DNA from: Andalucia godoyi And28
Taxonomy: Eukaryota; Protista; Jakobida
Length of the DNA: 248,000 nucleotides
Reading direction: 5' to 3'
Assembly: GCA_009859145.1 (NCBI GenBank)
Contig: VRVR01000013.1
Coordinates: 144,001 to 392,000 of the forward strand
Below, in pieces: positions 11,571-23,633 of the stretch. Position 1 is the first letter of the stretch, and each line of letters opens with the position of its first letter. The notes beneath the pieces were generated by a model. That model was not told the origin of the DNA. It searched no databases and saw nothing but the letters and a program-made list of their open reading frames with translations. The translations under genes were made by a program, and so were the position numbers.

Positions 11571-12220
11571 ATATTACCCTCCAACCCAAATATGTCTTGC
11601 GGACAGCTGTGAAAATCATCGGATAGTATGGGCAAGTTTTTTACAGCCGCCGACATTGCTGTTGAATGAAGACCGACCTTTTCCCCCCTGCAGATTGCTG
11701 CTACCGGCTGTCGTCGTTGTCGCTGTTGTTGGTGTCGCGGCGGCGTAGGTGTGCAGGTCGACGCCCCAATGAGAGACACTGTCCAATACTGACAACCCGA
11801 TTCCTTGTAATCGATGACTCCTCCACCGCGGCCTCTCTCTGTCTGCGGTGCACACCATTTGCCAATCAGCAAAATAAATACAATATCCGCTCGATTGTAG
11901 TGGTGAAAACAGAGAATGAAAGATCGAGAGAGAATGAACAAGTGGATTAAGAATGCGGAATGGCAATAAATGAAGCTCGTTGAAATCCCTGGCTTTCTCC
12001 TGGTTCCGAGGGTCCAAACGGCTTCTAACGAATGCACTCATTGATCCATTCGAGAGCTCTGAACAGGAAAACATGTTGTTTCTGTTTCGGGGTGCGGACA
12101 CCCGCGGATGTCCCACTCAAAAGGAGAGCTTTCATTGGATGGGACGCTGATGCTCATTGATAAAGTCCCTCTACGCCAAATAATCTGTTGTTGAGACGCA
12201 GCATGCGAGCCAAATGTTTG
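11571..12220 (-). mobile_element. Family D copy 1 (Fanzor1-like, internally deleted)
   Basis: Left part homologous to 185108-185580, right part to 232446-232650; reads GRRPAHLRR. Confidence 0.6.
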
Positions 12221-12328
12221 AAGAAGTATGTATTTGAGGGTAATAATACTCAAAAGGCATCAAGTACTGTAAGTAATGGAATCCACTTGCTGTCTGCTTG
12301 TACCCGCACCTGCTGCAGGTGAAAAAAG

Positions 12329-13978
12329 GTGAAGGGTGGTCTTGTTTGTGGGTCGCTTAGGGAGGAAAAACATTTCGAACACGAGTGCTCGCGCCACACG
12401 AGACGACCGTCCTTGGTGGTGAAAGAGAACGGAAGACCCCGTGGGCAAGAAGAGGACAGGATGGCTGAACTGGATATAAGAAATATAAATTTTGATATTC
12501 CGTACAAGGCACAGGAGATTTTGGTGTTTCCAGAGTTGCGACGACAAGCGTGTGAATTGCTTGCGAATCTCGAAAGGCCGAGCATCTCGCTTCTTGCAAA
12601 GCTTGCGTCCCACAAGACAGTCCGCAGAATTCTGGCGATTGAGTTGGATGTGGCGTATTCTGTGTCTTTGGCTCTCAAACACTGTGCGTTGCCCGAAGAC
12701 TGTGCTGAAGAATGCTGGTATTTGATGGACTGCTTGTGCTTAGGAACGCTGTCGTCGATGGAAATGGCGCAGTTTGTGGCATTTCGACTGACTTCTGCTT
12801 CACCGTCTATGATTTCGTTCTTGGCCAACGTCTTGTTTCTCAGCAGGGAAAATTCGAGCGCAATAACACAGAGTGACGACAGATCCGATGTGCTATCGGT
12901 GTCACATCTGCATGGAAGAAGTGCCGCTGGGACCAGCATTCGAGCGTCTGCTGGCGGTTCGTCATTGAACGATGACGAGATGCGGATCAGCTCCGAGAAC
13001 CTGCTGAAATGCCTACAGTCAAAAGAGATACACAGTGTTCTGATTGTCCTGTTGAGCCAGCCCAAGTATGTGCGACCGGTGCTTCACTTGCTGTTGCTAG
13101 TGTCTGATGAGTTTCGCGAGGTCGTTGAAAATCTGGACCACTCGCTCAGTTTTTCATTCCGAGTGCTGCGAAACGCATTCGAAAAGATGCAGACCTCCAT
13201 GCTGAGAGCAGCCGAGGTTCTCGAGGTGGAACAGTGTGCATTGTTGGCTCAGACCGTGCTTGAGAATATGGCGCGTGTCGTTGGCGAACCAGCATTGCCT
13301 ACATACATGGCGCAACTGGACTTTTATCCTTCTGCTTGGAGTATCGTCCACTGGTTTATGACGCAAAAGGCAGATGATCGCATTGTGCTTGCAATTCAGC
13401 CATTGTTGGATGCAATGCACAGGATTTCGGGCGTCACGGGGGGGCTTGCCCCCATCGCGTCTCCAGCGTCGAGCTTTGCTGGCATGGAGAGCAAACCAGC
13501 AGTCGCTCTGGCCAAGAACACGCAGACGACCACCACGGTCGCCGCTTCACAGTCCTCAAATCCAACTCCAATGCTGGCGTCTCAGATAGAAGAGAAGAAC
13601 TTGCAAGAGCAGGAAGCAAGCTTGAATCTCAGCGAGTTGCAAGACTGGGCGTTTGAACAGAGCTTGAGAGAAGTGGAAAGTACTCAGCGACCGGTCGTTG
13701 CAGAATCTGAGAGAGGCTCTAGCAGCGCAAGGGACAACACGTCATGCGGCACTCGACATTCCAGCAGGGCTCCCACCGTCCACGACGTTTCTTCTTTGAG
13801 CATGGATATCATCTCGAAAGTGCAATTGCTCCGCGATCACTGTTCTGCATTGCTGATGGAGGCTGAGAAGTCACGCACGACTGTGGCGGACATGCAGCAA
13901 CAAGTAGACAAGTACAGAGGGCTTGCCCAGACGATCCACCGCCTGACCATCGGAAGCCAGCAACCCGCTCTGCAATGA
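12329..13978 (+). CDS. Hypothetical helical protein with C-terminal coiled coil
   Basis: 549-aa ORF; no recognised motif. Confidence 0.5.
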   Translation: MKGGLVCGSLREEKHFEHECSRHTRRPSLVVKENGRPRGQEEDRMAELDIRNINFDIPYKAQEILVFPELRRQACELLANLERPSISLLAKLASHKTVRRILAIELDVAYSVSLALKHCALPEDCAEECWYLMDCLCLGTLSSMEMAQFVAFRLTSASPSMISFLANVLFLSRENSSAITQSDDRSDVLSVSHLHGRSAAGTSIRASAGGSSLNDDEMRISSENLLKCLQSKEIHSVLIVLLSQPKYVRPVLHLLLLVSDEFREVVENLDHSLSFSFRVLRNAFEKMQTSMLRAAEVLEVEQCALLAQTVLENMARVVGEPALPTYMAQLDFYPSAWSIVHWFMTQKADDRIVLAIQPLLDAMHRISGVTGGLAPIASPASSFAGMESKPAVALAKNTQTTTTVAASQSSNPTPMLASQIEEKNLQEQEASLNLSELQDWAFEQSLREVESTQRPVVAESERGSSSARDNTSCGTRHSSRAPTVHDVSSLSMDIISKVQLLRDHCSALLMEAEKSRTTVADMQQQVDKYRGLAQTIHRLTIGSQQPALQ

Positions 13979-14574
13979 GCTGCCATTTCGCTCCGAGAAC
14001 CTGACGAGGCAGGTGGCGCTTCGTTTGACGTCTAATGGCCAGCCCCCCCATCAAACTGCTGTTTGTTTGCAAAGGACGGATTATGGAACCCTGAGGATTG
14101 CAATTCTCCCCTTCCTCTCTCTCCTCTCGCTGTGTGTGTGTGTTCGATTTTGTACCGCATTACCCTTTTAGGAGAATTTCCGCATCGACTGCTCTATCCG
14201 TTGACGTGTTTTCCGCCAATGAGAACATTTCTTGAGACTTTTGCTCGACTGCACTTTATCCTTTTATGGAAGTACAACCTAGCACAAGGAATGCCACCTC
14301 GGGCACTGACAACTGGATGCAGCACCTGACACTTTTGAAATTCCTCCTGCAAATCACGATTCGCTCCTGGATGCGTGCTGCCACTGAAATTCAAGCAGGT
14401 CGTCAAAACCCTCCCCGTCTTTTGCATCCCGCATGACTACCGCACTGCTTGCGAATACCATTGTCGTATTTTTTGTGGTGTGACTTTGTTTGTTAGTTTG
14501 TTTGTCTGTCTGTTTGTTCCCCCCCCCCACAGGCATCTTCTTCGTGATTCTTTTTCCTGTCCTCAAAGAGAATT

Positions 14575-15771
14575 TTGTGCAAGAACTGTGCACAATCATT
14601 CACTCTAGTCATGCATTCTTCTAGTTTCCCCAGCAGTTTCCTGCTCTCAAATTTGCAAAATGCGTCCAGCGTCCCCCAGATCCTCCTGCCAAACGCTGGA
14701 TACGGGCAACTAAATCTGACACAGATGTTTGGTGCGCATTCAATTTCACTGGACAGCTCCCATGCTCCACCATGGACCGACAACAATGCGCAACTGTTCA
14801 TTGCACAACAGTCTTTGATTCCCGGTCTTCTTCGCCCAGTCAGCGGCATTGATGTTTGCAGTGCGTCGGATGTTTCGTGCGCAAGCATTCCTTCGACTTC
14901 TCCAACGACGTCTTTTTTTGATGTCAGTTCGGGGATGAAAACAGCCTTTCGATGTCATTCTTCGGCGACGTCACCAAACGTCGAGAAACGGTCTGAGGGG
15001 TTCCCAGTACGCAGCAGCGGCACATCAAGGACCCATCGACCTGTTGCGTGTCTTCAGTGTCGGCTCGTACATCGTTCATGTGATGGCAGTTCTCCGTGTC
15101 TTCGGTGCGTAGAAAAGGGGACCGGACAAACATGCGCGTATCCGACGCGGAAGAAAAAAGGACAGGTTGCTTCTGAAGTTGCTGCGCTGCTGCGTGTGGA
15201 CAGCCCGCGAGTGGAGGAAAGAAAAGAATCCCAGCCTATCGAAACCCTCCCAAGAACCCCTTCCGGCACTTTCACGTTGCCTTTTGGGCAGTTTTGTGTC
15301 ATCGATATGCAACGTGAATTTCGGAAACGGTTTCTGTCACACTACCAGATTTCCGAGAGCGATCTTGTGGCAGACGATCTCTGTTTTCGTCAAATTGCAG
15401 AGTATCAAACGGTTTTGGATGTAATTCAGGTTCCTGCATTGCTTGCCGTTGGCCCCAAGGTCAAGAGCTTTAACAAGGCAGTGACAGATCTTTGTCCTTA
15501 CAATGCGGAGGAGTTCAATGGTGCTCGATGCCCAATGACTTGGGATCTTATTGCTCCAGAGTCAATCTTGCAGCTCATGGAGCTGTGTCTTGGTGCGTTT
15601 TGCACTCCCGGCAAACAAGTCTTGTCTGCAGTTGTCTCACTACGCGGGAAGAACAATCAGCAACAATGTGCGTCCGTGGCCGTTCACATTTTTCACAATA
15701 GCGTCGGATTTCCCATTGGCACGTTTACAATTGTCACTCCACTCGACCCGCTTCCCAAGAAGGCCAAGTAG
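14575..15771 (+). CDS. Zn(II)2Cys6 binuclear-cluster protein with PAS-like C-terminus
   Basis: ACLQCRLVHRSCDGSSPCLRCVEKGTGQTCAY. Confidence 0.7.
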   Translation: MCKNCAQSFTLVMHSSSFPSSFLLSNLQNASSVPQILLPNAGYGQLNLTQMFGAHSISLDSSHAPPWTDNNAQLFIAQQSLIPGLLRPVSGIDVCSASDVSCASIPSTSPTTSFFDVSSGMKTAFRCHSSATSPNVEKRSEGFPVRSSGTSRTHRPVACLQCRLVHRSCDGSSPCLRCVEKGTGQTCAYPTRKKKGQVASEVAALLRVDSPRVEERKESQPIETLPRTPSGTFTLPFGQFCVIDMQREFRKRFLSHYQISESDLVADDLCFRQIAEYQTVLDVIQVPALLAVGPKVKSFNKAVTDLCPYNAEEFNGARCPMTWDLIAPESILQLMELCLGAFCTPGKQVLSAVVSLRGKNNQQQCASVAVHIFHNSVGFPIGTFTIVTPLDPLPKKAK

Positions 15772-16237
15772 GCCCCATTACGAGAAGAAAAACCAGAAAA
15801 AGGATGAGCTATCGAGGACTGCTCGTGCTCAACAAAAACCGTCTTAATCAAATCAAACCCGTTCGTCCCGCAGAAATATATCTTAGGTGTGACTGGCGTC
15901 TTTTTCTCTTTTTCATACATGCCTTGCCAGCATGTCAACTGGCCCAAGCTCTCGATGATGCGATCGAGGTTGGACTTTCTTGTACTGTTCGATGTACTGA
16001 AACGTTCATGGCAATGGGAACGACGGAAAGAGAATCGAAATTTCTTCTTTTGTGAAAAAGAGCGCACCTACGCCTTGTGGGGCCGAAAGACCCATTAGCA
16101 AAGGAGCGTGCAGATATCCATGTGCACGCATCACGAGTTTGCCACTGTCTGTCATTCACCCATAAATGCATGATCTCTACTTCTCTAGCAACTGGGCAGA
16201 AAAGCGGGCGCGCAACGGCAAGCGCAGGAATCGAAAA

Positions 16238-18742
16238 CTAGGACTTTAACAGTCTTGCATAGATCTTCAGGACTGCCCATACCAAGACACGAAAAGCAAC
16301 CAGAAACAACACCATGGAAAGGAAATCGAATTCCAAGTTGTGGAGGTTGTAATGGTAGTTTTGATTCTCGACGTATTCTGTGATTACAGACTGCTGTGTT
16401 GGTGTGTACTTGCCTGGCTTCTCGAGCCCAAGTTCCACAATGTAGAGCGCTTCTCCAAACCATCGTGCCCACGAAATGTTCCCGATTGCTCCCATGTCTT
16501 CGACGCTCTGTGCACCCCCTGTGCTAAGGCCGGAGAGCAACGTTGCAACGGCAGCCAGGAGTGGCGCCAGATGGGCCGGCAGAAGAACAGAACACAAATA
16601 TCCGAGGCCGAACATTATGGCTTCGAACATAATCATGATGGACCAGTATTGTCCAAAATCTGAAGACGGAGCCACAACCACCGCGAATGTGGCAGAAAAC
16701 ATCAGAGAATACAGGAGAATAAGAGGGATGTCCGCAACTGACCGAGCAACGACATACGCAGATGTCGAAGTTCTTCCAAAGCCATGTTCTCGCAAGAAAA
16801 CTGACTTCTCGTTCGTGAAAAATCGGCAAGCAAGAGCGGAGGCGGCAAGACCAAGGGCCATTGTCGTGTAAACGATCATGCGTCCGATTTCATCTTGAAC
16901 CGCAGTCACACAGAAGGTCATGCGAACCGGAGGAGGGCAAAACGGAATGTACTCGGATGACAGAGGGGGTTGGAACAGATTCGTGGAAACAAAACCGATT
17001 CCAATGATCAAGCCCGTCAAAACGTGAAGTACGACGTCCAAGGCAACCGAAGATATGTCTCGGTAGTGCTGCAAGAGCGCACGATTCGTCAGCAACCACA
17101 CCTGATAGAACCAAGACACAGCCTTAACCGTTTCGTCGGCCATGCCTCTTGATGAAGCAGCGACCAGATCTCTTCCGCTGTTTTCCGCGATCTCGGCTGT
17201 TCGCGCATACGACGATCCGGCTGCTTTCCATATGTCAGCCAACTGAGACACAGTCATGGGGCCCGATTTAGTCCTTGGCTGAATCGATCCCTTTCCATTT
17301 GCGGCAGCATTGATGATGTCCAGCACCCAGTCTGCAGGGTTTGTAAACTGCGACCGAATGTAGCCACACTGCACTTCGAACCAGCGGACAATGCTGGAGA
17401 AGGGGCCGTAGTACACGAGGTTTCCGCCTTTTGCGAGAACGACGATATTATCTGTATACGTGCGAATGATTTCCAGTCGAGGCTGGTGAAGCACGGCGAC
17501 TACTGTCACACCAGTGTCATGAGCAATCGAATGCAGATACTTCATGAGCTCAATGGAGGTAGATGCATCCAATCCAGTCGTGGGTTCATCCAGGAACAAC
17601 AGTCGCGGTTTTGCTACTAATTCCATACCGATGCTCACCCGCTTTCGCTGCCCTCCTGAAATTTTCTGGCCACTTTGAAGGGGCATTTGGGACGAATTCT
17701 GTCCGTCCGCTCGGCTTTCAGCATCCACACCACCCTTTGCGGGCAATCCAGTCAAAACGACATTGCCGTGAGCTCCGGACGAACTTCCAACAATGCTGTT
17801 CGCAACATCGACCAATCCCAAAATCGCCAGAACCGTCGCCACAACTTCCTCCACCTGCGCGGCAGGCGTACCTCTTGGAAGTCGCATACGAGCTGAGTGA
17901 AGAAGTGTTTCCCGAACTGTTAGAGACGGCAACATGATGTCATCCTGAGGAACGAACCCGACATCTGGAATGCCAGACAAGGACTTTATCTCCAGGGTCC
18001 CTTGTTCCGCCGAACCTCGCAGTTTGATCGTCCCTTCCGTAGGATTGATTTTCCCGAGCAGGACGTTCAACAACGTTGTCTTTCCAGCGCCGGACGCGCC
18101 GAGAACGACGGACACAGAGCCGGACGGAAGTTCACAACTCACATCATTCAGCAGCACCTTCTGACCATCGCCCTTCAACACTACTCGAATATGATCGAGC
18201 AGGATTGACGGGCCAGGGATTGCAAATTTTGCCGGGAACGAAGGAATGCTCTCCGCTTTCAAGTTACCAGTCGGTACTCGCCCCCTGCGCTTCATGAACC
18301 ACTTGGAGAACCATCCGCGCTTCATCGCCATGACCAGAAGGACAAACAGGCCGAGAACTGCGAGAATCAGTAGCATTCCGCCGTACCACACATATCTTTC
18401 TGAGCCCTCGGGGCACACGGAAAGCGCTGGACAGTCCCAAGCTTGAAACGAGCCCTTCACACAGTACTTTCCAGCAGGACACTTCACCTTTGTCGATCCG
18501 TCAGGACACAAGTACCCTGCTGGACACACCTCGGGACCCTCTGAGCCTCCTCCGCAGAAGTATCCAGGCTCGCAGCGCAGCTGCAACTCAGGAGAAAGTG
18601 GGGATCGCAAGCAGACTTGCCCTACCGGACACCCAGGAGTCACAAACGGATCATCTGGAACCATAACAACGTCTGTGCACAATCCGAGCGTTGCAAACAC
18701 CACTATGAACAACGCACTCGCAAACAGCGTCTTTTTCTTCAT
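16238..18742 (-). CDS. ABCG half transporter with Cys-rich extracellular N-terminus
   Basis: GASGAGKT, ISGGQRKR, LFLDEPTTGLD, TM domain after NBD. Confidence 0.92.
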   Translation of the reverse strand: MKKKTLFASALFIVVFATLGLCTDVVMVPDDPFVTPGCPVGQVCLRSPLSPELQLRCEPGYFCGGGSEGPEVCPAGYLCPDGSTKVKCPAGKYCVKGSFQAWDCPALSVCPEGSERYVWYGGMLLILAVLGLFVLLVMAMKRGWFSKWFMKRRGRVPTGNLKAESIPSFPAKFAIPGPSILLDHIRVVLKGDGQKVLLNDVSCELPSGSVSVVLGASGAGKTTLLNVLLGKINPTEGTIKLRGSAEQGTLEIKSLSGIPDVGFVPQDDIMLPSLTVRETLLHSARMRLPRGTPAAQVEEVVATVLAILGLVDVANSIVGSSSGAHGNVVLTGLPAKGGVDAESRADGQNSSQMPLQSGQKISGGQRKRVSIGMELVAKPRLLFLDEPTTGLDASTSIELMKYLHSIAHDTGVTVVAVLHQPRLEIIRTYTDNIVVLAKGGNLVYYGPFSSIVRWFEVQCGYIRSQFTNPADWVLDIINAAANGKGSIQPRTKSGPMTVSQLADIWKAAGSSYARTAEIAENSGRDLVAASSRGMADETVKAVSWFYQVWLLTNRALLQHYRDISSVALDVVLHVLTGLIIGIGFVSTNLFQPPLSSEYIPFCPPPVRMTFCVTAVQDEIGRMIVYTTMALGLAASALACRFFTNEKSVFLREHGFGRTSTSAYVVARSVADIPLILLYSLMFSATFAVVVAPSSDFGQYWSIMIMFEAIMFGLGYLCSVLLPAHLAPLLAAVATLLSGLSTGGAQSVEDMGAIGNISWARWFGEALYIVELGLEKPGKYTPTQQSVITEYVENQNYHYNLHNLEFDFLSMVLFLVAFRVLVWAVLKIYARLLKS

Positions 18743-18763
18743 GTTCGATTATTTTTTCTGATT

Positions 18764-18828
<65 letters not shown>

Positions 18829-19238
18829 GTTGGTGTTCCTTTCCGTTTCTATTCTTTTACAAAACGAAGAATCAAAAGGTTGTTGTATCGAGAGTCCTGC
18901 AAACGGTTGAAGCACGTATCGGCTTGCGTCGGTATTCGCCTAGTCGGGAATTTCGGGAATTGTCGGAGACACCAGACATGCCGATTGCCGACTGCTCTGT
19001 CGACACCGTTTATTTACGATCGGCGCTGATGGCAATGGATGTACGTACGTACAAGCAAAGCGCAGGTTTTTTCTTTTCAGAATTGGGTTTTTTTTTCAGG
19101 GAGAGCGTCCGTTTGGAAATTTATTTGATCTTTCAGCCGTTTTCTTTTGAGCATGCCGTCTTCTGAGCTGTACTACAAAAACAAAAAAAAAAAGACTGAA
19201 ATACAATATTCGGACATCACCATCATTGTACACATAGC

Positions 19239-22187
19239 ATGCAGTCATCACGCCCTTCCTCGGCAAAAAGTGGGTTGTCGAGTGCGCAACGAAATGGGAC
19301 TCCGCGTCCTTTAGAGTCATCTCGCAATGCGGATTCGACAACGGAAAGTGAAGACATGAAGCACCCGATTGAGCTCAAACATCCTCCTGTGAAATCCAAA
19401 ACCATACATTCCAACTTGGCTCATGGAGATATCATTACAATGACGGCACGTGTTCCCGTCAGATCTTCTCTCGCTGCTCATGATATTGTTGGTGGTGCTG
19501 AAACGGATTCCAACAGCAACAACTATGCTGCTTCCTCACCATCTCCATCTGCTCATAGCAAGAGCAACAAGACTTCGAACAACATTGATTCGTCGAGAAA
19601 AGGGAAATCCCCGTCCCGCTCCTCGAATGCCTCCAGAAAGAGCACTGCGCCCTTGAACAGGTCTGTACATGGAAGTGGGAATGATAATGGCAATGGTAAT
19701 GGGAAACAGCAGTATCTGATGACGCAGCCGACATCATCTAAAGCCTCCGAACGTGATCCGCGGTCATTCACTGTTTCTGCTGCTGAGTCGCACAAGTCTA
19801 TGTCAAGAACTCGTCTTCGGAAATCCGGTTCTATGGACATCGAAGCGAGCCAGGATATTGAAGCAATGTTGCAGAACGATGCACAACCATTCCGACAGAT
19901 TCCATTGTCTGAAATCGCAGCAACATTCGCAGAGAAGAAGGAAACGGACAGAAGAGCGCGAATGGCGGAGTACAGCAAACCTATTGCAGAAAAGTCAACC
20001 CGATATGCCAAGCTGTCCATCACGAAGCCAAAAGATGAGTTTGCACCCGATCGTGATTTAACCGATTCAGATCGAGCACGAATTCGGCGAGTGGACGCTC
20101 TCGTCCCCGAACTGCTTCATCAGCTAAATCCGGACAAGCAGATTGCGCTGCGATCGCCTATCAAGAAACGTAAGCCCGGAATTCTTGTACCGGATGCGCG
20201 CTTGCAAGGGTCCGCGGCAATCTCCACGGAATCTGCTGTGCCGACGTCGCGCAAGAGTCGCGACAGCCTTCTTGTCACCAGTATGGAACAGCAGGACAAG
20301 AGCTTCCTGACTGGACTGAACATGGAGGACGATGATGGGGACGATGACGATCCGTCCGACGCTCGTCATAACGAGCTGCTCAGACAGTTTGAAGCCCAGG
20401 AAAAGGACGATGACTTCGCGGACGAGGACTTGGAACACCAGCAAGCGATTCTGCAAGCATCTCAAAAGGGGCACTTCACTCCTAGACCTGTTGTTCAAGA
20501 AACGGTGCGAGAAATGGTCTCGAAACGACGCTCTGTGTTCCGATACAATCTCTCTGTTGAGCTCCGCAAACGTGAGATCTCGCGTCTGGACCAGCTGATG
20601 CGGGAAAAGGAGGCCCAGCTGAATGCGTTCGAAAAGCAGCTGACTGCAGATGAAAAGGCCTTCGATGACTATGTCGCCTCCTGCGAACAAGATCTCGTTT
20701 CGAAACTGGAGGCAACGGAACACGTCGTTACGGAAAACACGCATCTGATTTCCGAGCTGCGTGTCCTGAAACAGGAGATATCCAAATGCAAAAAGGACAA
20801 TTTTTCGCTGGATGAACAGTTGACCGAACTGCGAACGTACAAGCGATTCTTAAACAGTGCTGCTCCTCGCGAATGGCTGGAAACGGAAGCAATGTCCGCG
20901 AGAGCCCAAAAGGATCGAGATCGATCGCTTCGCGGCTTGAACAATGGAGCAGTGAGGTTCAGTGGAAACTCTCCTCGCTCGGATAGTTCTGGTCCTCGAT
21001 CCGAGAGCTCGATGGGCAACGCCCCTGGCCAGCGTGGAAGACCGTCTCTGAAACATTTTGCATCGGTTGCGATTCTTCCGATCAAGTTGGCGCGCTCTTT
21101 TACGAATGGAAAGCTAATCAGCACATATACTCCAACAGCAGGTGATGGTGGGAAGCGATTTGGGGCGAGTCCCGAACGGTCGCATACAGAAGCCAATTTG
21201 CGCCCATCGCCAACTTCCAATATTCCTCTCACACAGAAGAGGGCGCCAGCGCAGGGCGACGTCATTGACACTGTGGAGAGGCTCTACTTTACGAAACCAG
21301 AGCAGCTGATGCAAGCCCTCGCTTCCATGGAGGACGAGAACTTGTTTCTCATGCAGAATCTGGAGCTCTTGGAAGAACAGATTGACGACATGAAGCGAAC
21401 AAGGGCGTCAAAAATTGACCAGATGGAAACGCTCGCGACCCAGCTTCGGGAGGCTGAGACATCCCTTCAGGCCCGCGTAGCCGTTCATCATAATCACCTT
21501 GCCGCCATTGCACAAGCTAAAAAAACCGTATCAACGCAGAAAGCGGCCGCCAAGGAGCGATCATTGGAGCAAGTGTGCCAGGCGATCCTCCAAGTGTACA
21601 ATGAGCTTCATCACGAGTTCCGAGGGCACATCGGCGACCATGACACGGCTCAGCCTCTGACCATTTTGACACTCTTTGAAAAGATTCTTGACCGCTCGCT
21701 GGCCGACGTGGAGAATCTGCAGCTCGACGTCGTGCTGGCTCGCGAGCGCGAGCGCATGAAGCATCGTAGAGAAATTGCTCGGGAGCAGCAAGCGCAGCAG
21801 GAAAAGCAGCAGGCGCTGGAGCGTGCGACTCGAGCTCAGCAGCGTTTTGAACAAGTTGCAGCGAAAGCAAGCATGAAGAAGACGAAAAAGAAGATGGAGC
21901 GAACGTTCTTGCCGGGAAAAGAAACACGGCATCTGTCAGTCGACACTTCTTTGGAAACCCTTCCTCCACCGACCGTCACAACCCCGACAGCCAATGGGTC
22001 AATGACTGCAGGAGCTGATGCATTCTCAACAGCAGCAGCAACAGCAGCAACGTCACCCAAAAACATTCGAGCAGCATCAGCAGGACGACGAAGCCCAGGC
22101 GAATCCCATTCGCTGAAGAAGAGCGCGCCAAATTGGACTGCGTCTCTTGGTGTGCAATGGGACTCTGTCTCTGAGTTCTTTGCCTGA
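19239..22187 (+). CDS. CFAP100-like (DUF4200) coiled-coil flagellar protein
   Basis: KRREISRL..LTADEKAFD; LYFTKPEQLMQ..EDENLFLMQN. Confidence 0.65.
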   Translation: MQSSRPSSAKSGLSSAQRNGTPRPLESSRNADSTTESEDMKHPIELKHPPVKSKTIHSNLAHGDIITMTARVPVRSSLAAHDIVGGAETDSNSNNYAASSPSPSAHSKSNKTSNNIDSSRKGKSPSRSSNASRKSTAPLNRSVHGSGNDNGNGNGKQQYLMTQPTSSKASERDPRSFTVSAAESHKSMSRTRLRKSGSMDIEASQDIEAMLQNDAQPFRQIPLSEIAATFAEKKETDRRARMAEYSKPIAEKSTRYAKLSITKPKDEFAPDRDLTDSDRARIRRVDALVPELLHQLNPDKQIALRSPIKKRKPGILVPDARLQGSAAISTESAVPTSRKSRDSLLVTSMEQQDKSFLTGLNMEDDDGDDDDPSDARHNELLRQFEAQEKDDDFADEDLEHQQAILQASQKGHFTPRPVVQETVREMVSKRRSVFRYNLSVELRKREISRLDQLMREKEAQLNAFEKQLTADEKAFDDYVASCEQDLVSKLEATEHVVTENTHLISELRVLKQEISKCKKDNFSLDEQLTELRTYKRFLNSAAPREWLETEAMSARAQKDRDRSLRGLNNGAVRFSGNSPRSDSSGPRSESSMGNAPGQRGRPSLKHFASVAILPIKLARSFTNGKLISTYTPTAGDGGKRFGASPERSHTEANLRPSPTSNIPLTQKRAPAQGDVIDTVERLYFTKPEQLMQALASMEDENLFLMQNLELLEEQIDDMKRTRASKIDQMETLATQLREAETSLQARVAVHHNHLAAIAQAKKTVSTQKAAAKERSLEQVCQAILQVYNELHHEFRGHIGDHDTAQPLTILTLFEKILDRSLADVENLQLDVVLARERERMKHRREIAREQQAQQEKQQALERATRAQQRFEQVAAKASMKKTKKKMERTFLPGKETRHLSVDTSLETLPPPTVTTPTANGSMTAGADAFSTAAATAATSPKNIRAASAGRRSPGESHSLKKSAPNWTASLGVQWDSVSEFFA

Positions 22188-22296
22188 AGAGCGAAGACTC
22201 TGCAAGAATGAACAGTTCAGATGGTGGCGAAGACGGTGGGGATAGTGATGGAATAATGATAACAACAATGCTAGTAAACGAATGCGGGATGGAAAA

Positions 22297-22911
22297 TCAC
22301 TTCTTCGATGCAGGCTGTGCAAATCCAGGTGAGGAAATTGTTTTTGGGACTTTTGCTGCTCTTGCTGCGTTGTCGGTCGCTGCATTCTCCCCCTCGCGCT
22401 TCACTCCTCGCACCACGGTCTTCTTGCCTGTCGCTGCCAAGCCCGCAGGCCCCATGTGGCTGCCGAATGCTGATCCAGAGCCCAAGCCCGATCCAGAGCC
22501 AGAGACTGAGACTGAGCCTGAGCCTGAGCCTGAGCCTGTGTTTTGCGCAGCTGCTGCAGCAACATCCGAGGATCCTGCAGTTGGTTGGGGCAACTCGACT
22601 TTCCCGCTTGTTAACGGGTGTTTTTTCAGTGCTTTCAGCGGTTTCGAAAAGTCCCATTCCACACGAGACGGGTCAATCCGCATGCGAAGAGGCTCGTCGG
22701 GCACGGGATCCAGAGGCATGCCCTCAATCAATGGGAGAATCTGCGATTTTGCGATTCCAAAAGGCAGCGGTTTTTCTATTGCATAGGGATAAAGAGAATT
22801 CACGATGTGGAAGAATCCTGACGGCATGCTACCTGAGGGGTTCGACGCAGATTGGTACAGGCTCGTCAGCGCAGGAGTCGAATCAAACAAGGGCGGTCGC
22901 TTGGAATCCAT
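22297..22911 (-). CDS. Hypothetical protein, possibly Mediator MED19-like
   Basis: KPLPFGIAKSQILPLIEG resembles plant MED19 core; weak. Confidence 0.35.
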   Translation of the reverse strand: MDSKRPPLFDSTPALTSLYQSASNPSGSMPSGFFHIVNSLYPYAIEKPLPFGIAKSQILPLIEGMPLDPVPDEPLRMRIDPSRVEWDFSKPLKALKKHPLTSGKVELPQPTAGSSDVAAAAAQNTGSGSGSGSVSVSGSGSGLGSGSAFGSHMGPAGLAATGKKTVVRGVKREGENAATDNAARAAKVPKTISSPGFAQPASKK

Positions 22912-23633
22912 CTCTGAGCGTTTTTGTTTGTTTGTCTTCTTTTAAAGAATGAAGAGGAATACAAGGTCCGTTTTTCTCTCTTCGATGTATACACCCAGAA
23001 GTGCACACAGACTATGGGAGGGGAGGAGAAAAACGAGAGCGAGTGGGAAAGAACAGAAGAACAACGCAGTACCAAAGAAAGCTGTGAAAATCAAAAATGC
23101 CTTCTTTTCCATAGCTGCTAGCTGGACTGCCCCACATGAGGAAGGAGGAAAAGGCAGCTACTCAATCTTCCTTGTCCCAAGCGGACGTCCCGAATGGCAT
23201 CAGATAGCTGTTTTGCACGCGTGAGGCTTTCTTGGCACCCCTTGGAATTTGAAGTCTGTTCAAGTACACACAGCGCCTCTTTCATTCTCTCTCTCCATTT
23301 CTCTCTCTCTCTCTCTCTGTCTCTGTCTGTATGATTTTCGCGATTGCGGGTTCACTTTGCAAAAAAAGAAACCCAGCAAAAAACACCCACACAAAACACA
23401 TAAATCTCTCTTTTCTGCTTTTATTTTCTCTCTCTCTTTTTCTTCTTCTGTAGTTTCCTATTTGCGAGATTTTAGGAGAATTCGCAAAGAATAAGAGGAG
23501 AAGAAGGAGAAGAAGGAGAAGAAGGAGAAGAAGGAGGAGGAGGAGGGGGCTCTTTGGATATTCACACACACACACACACACACAGACACAGACACAGACA
23601 GTCACGCATACAATCACACTATCACATACAACA

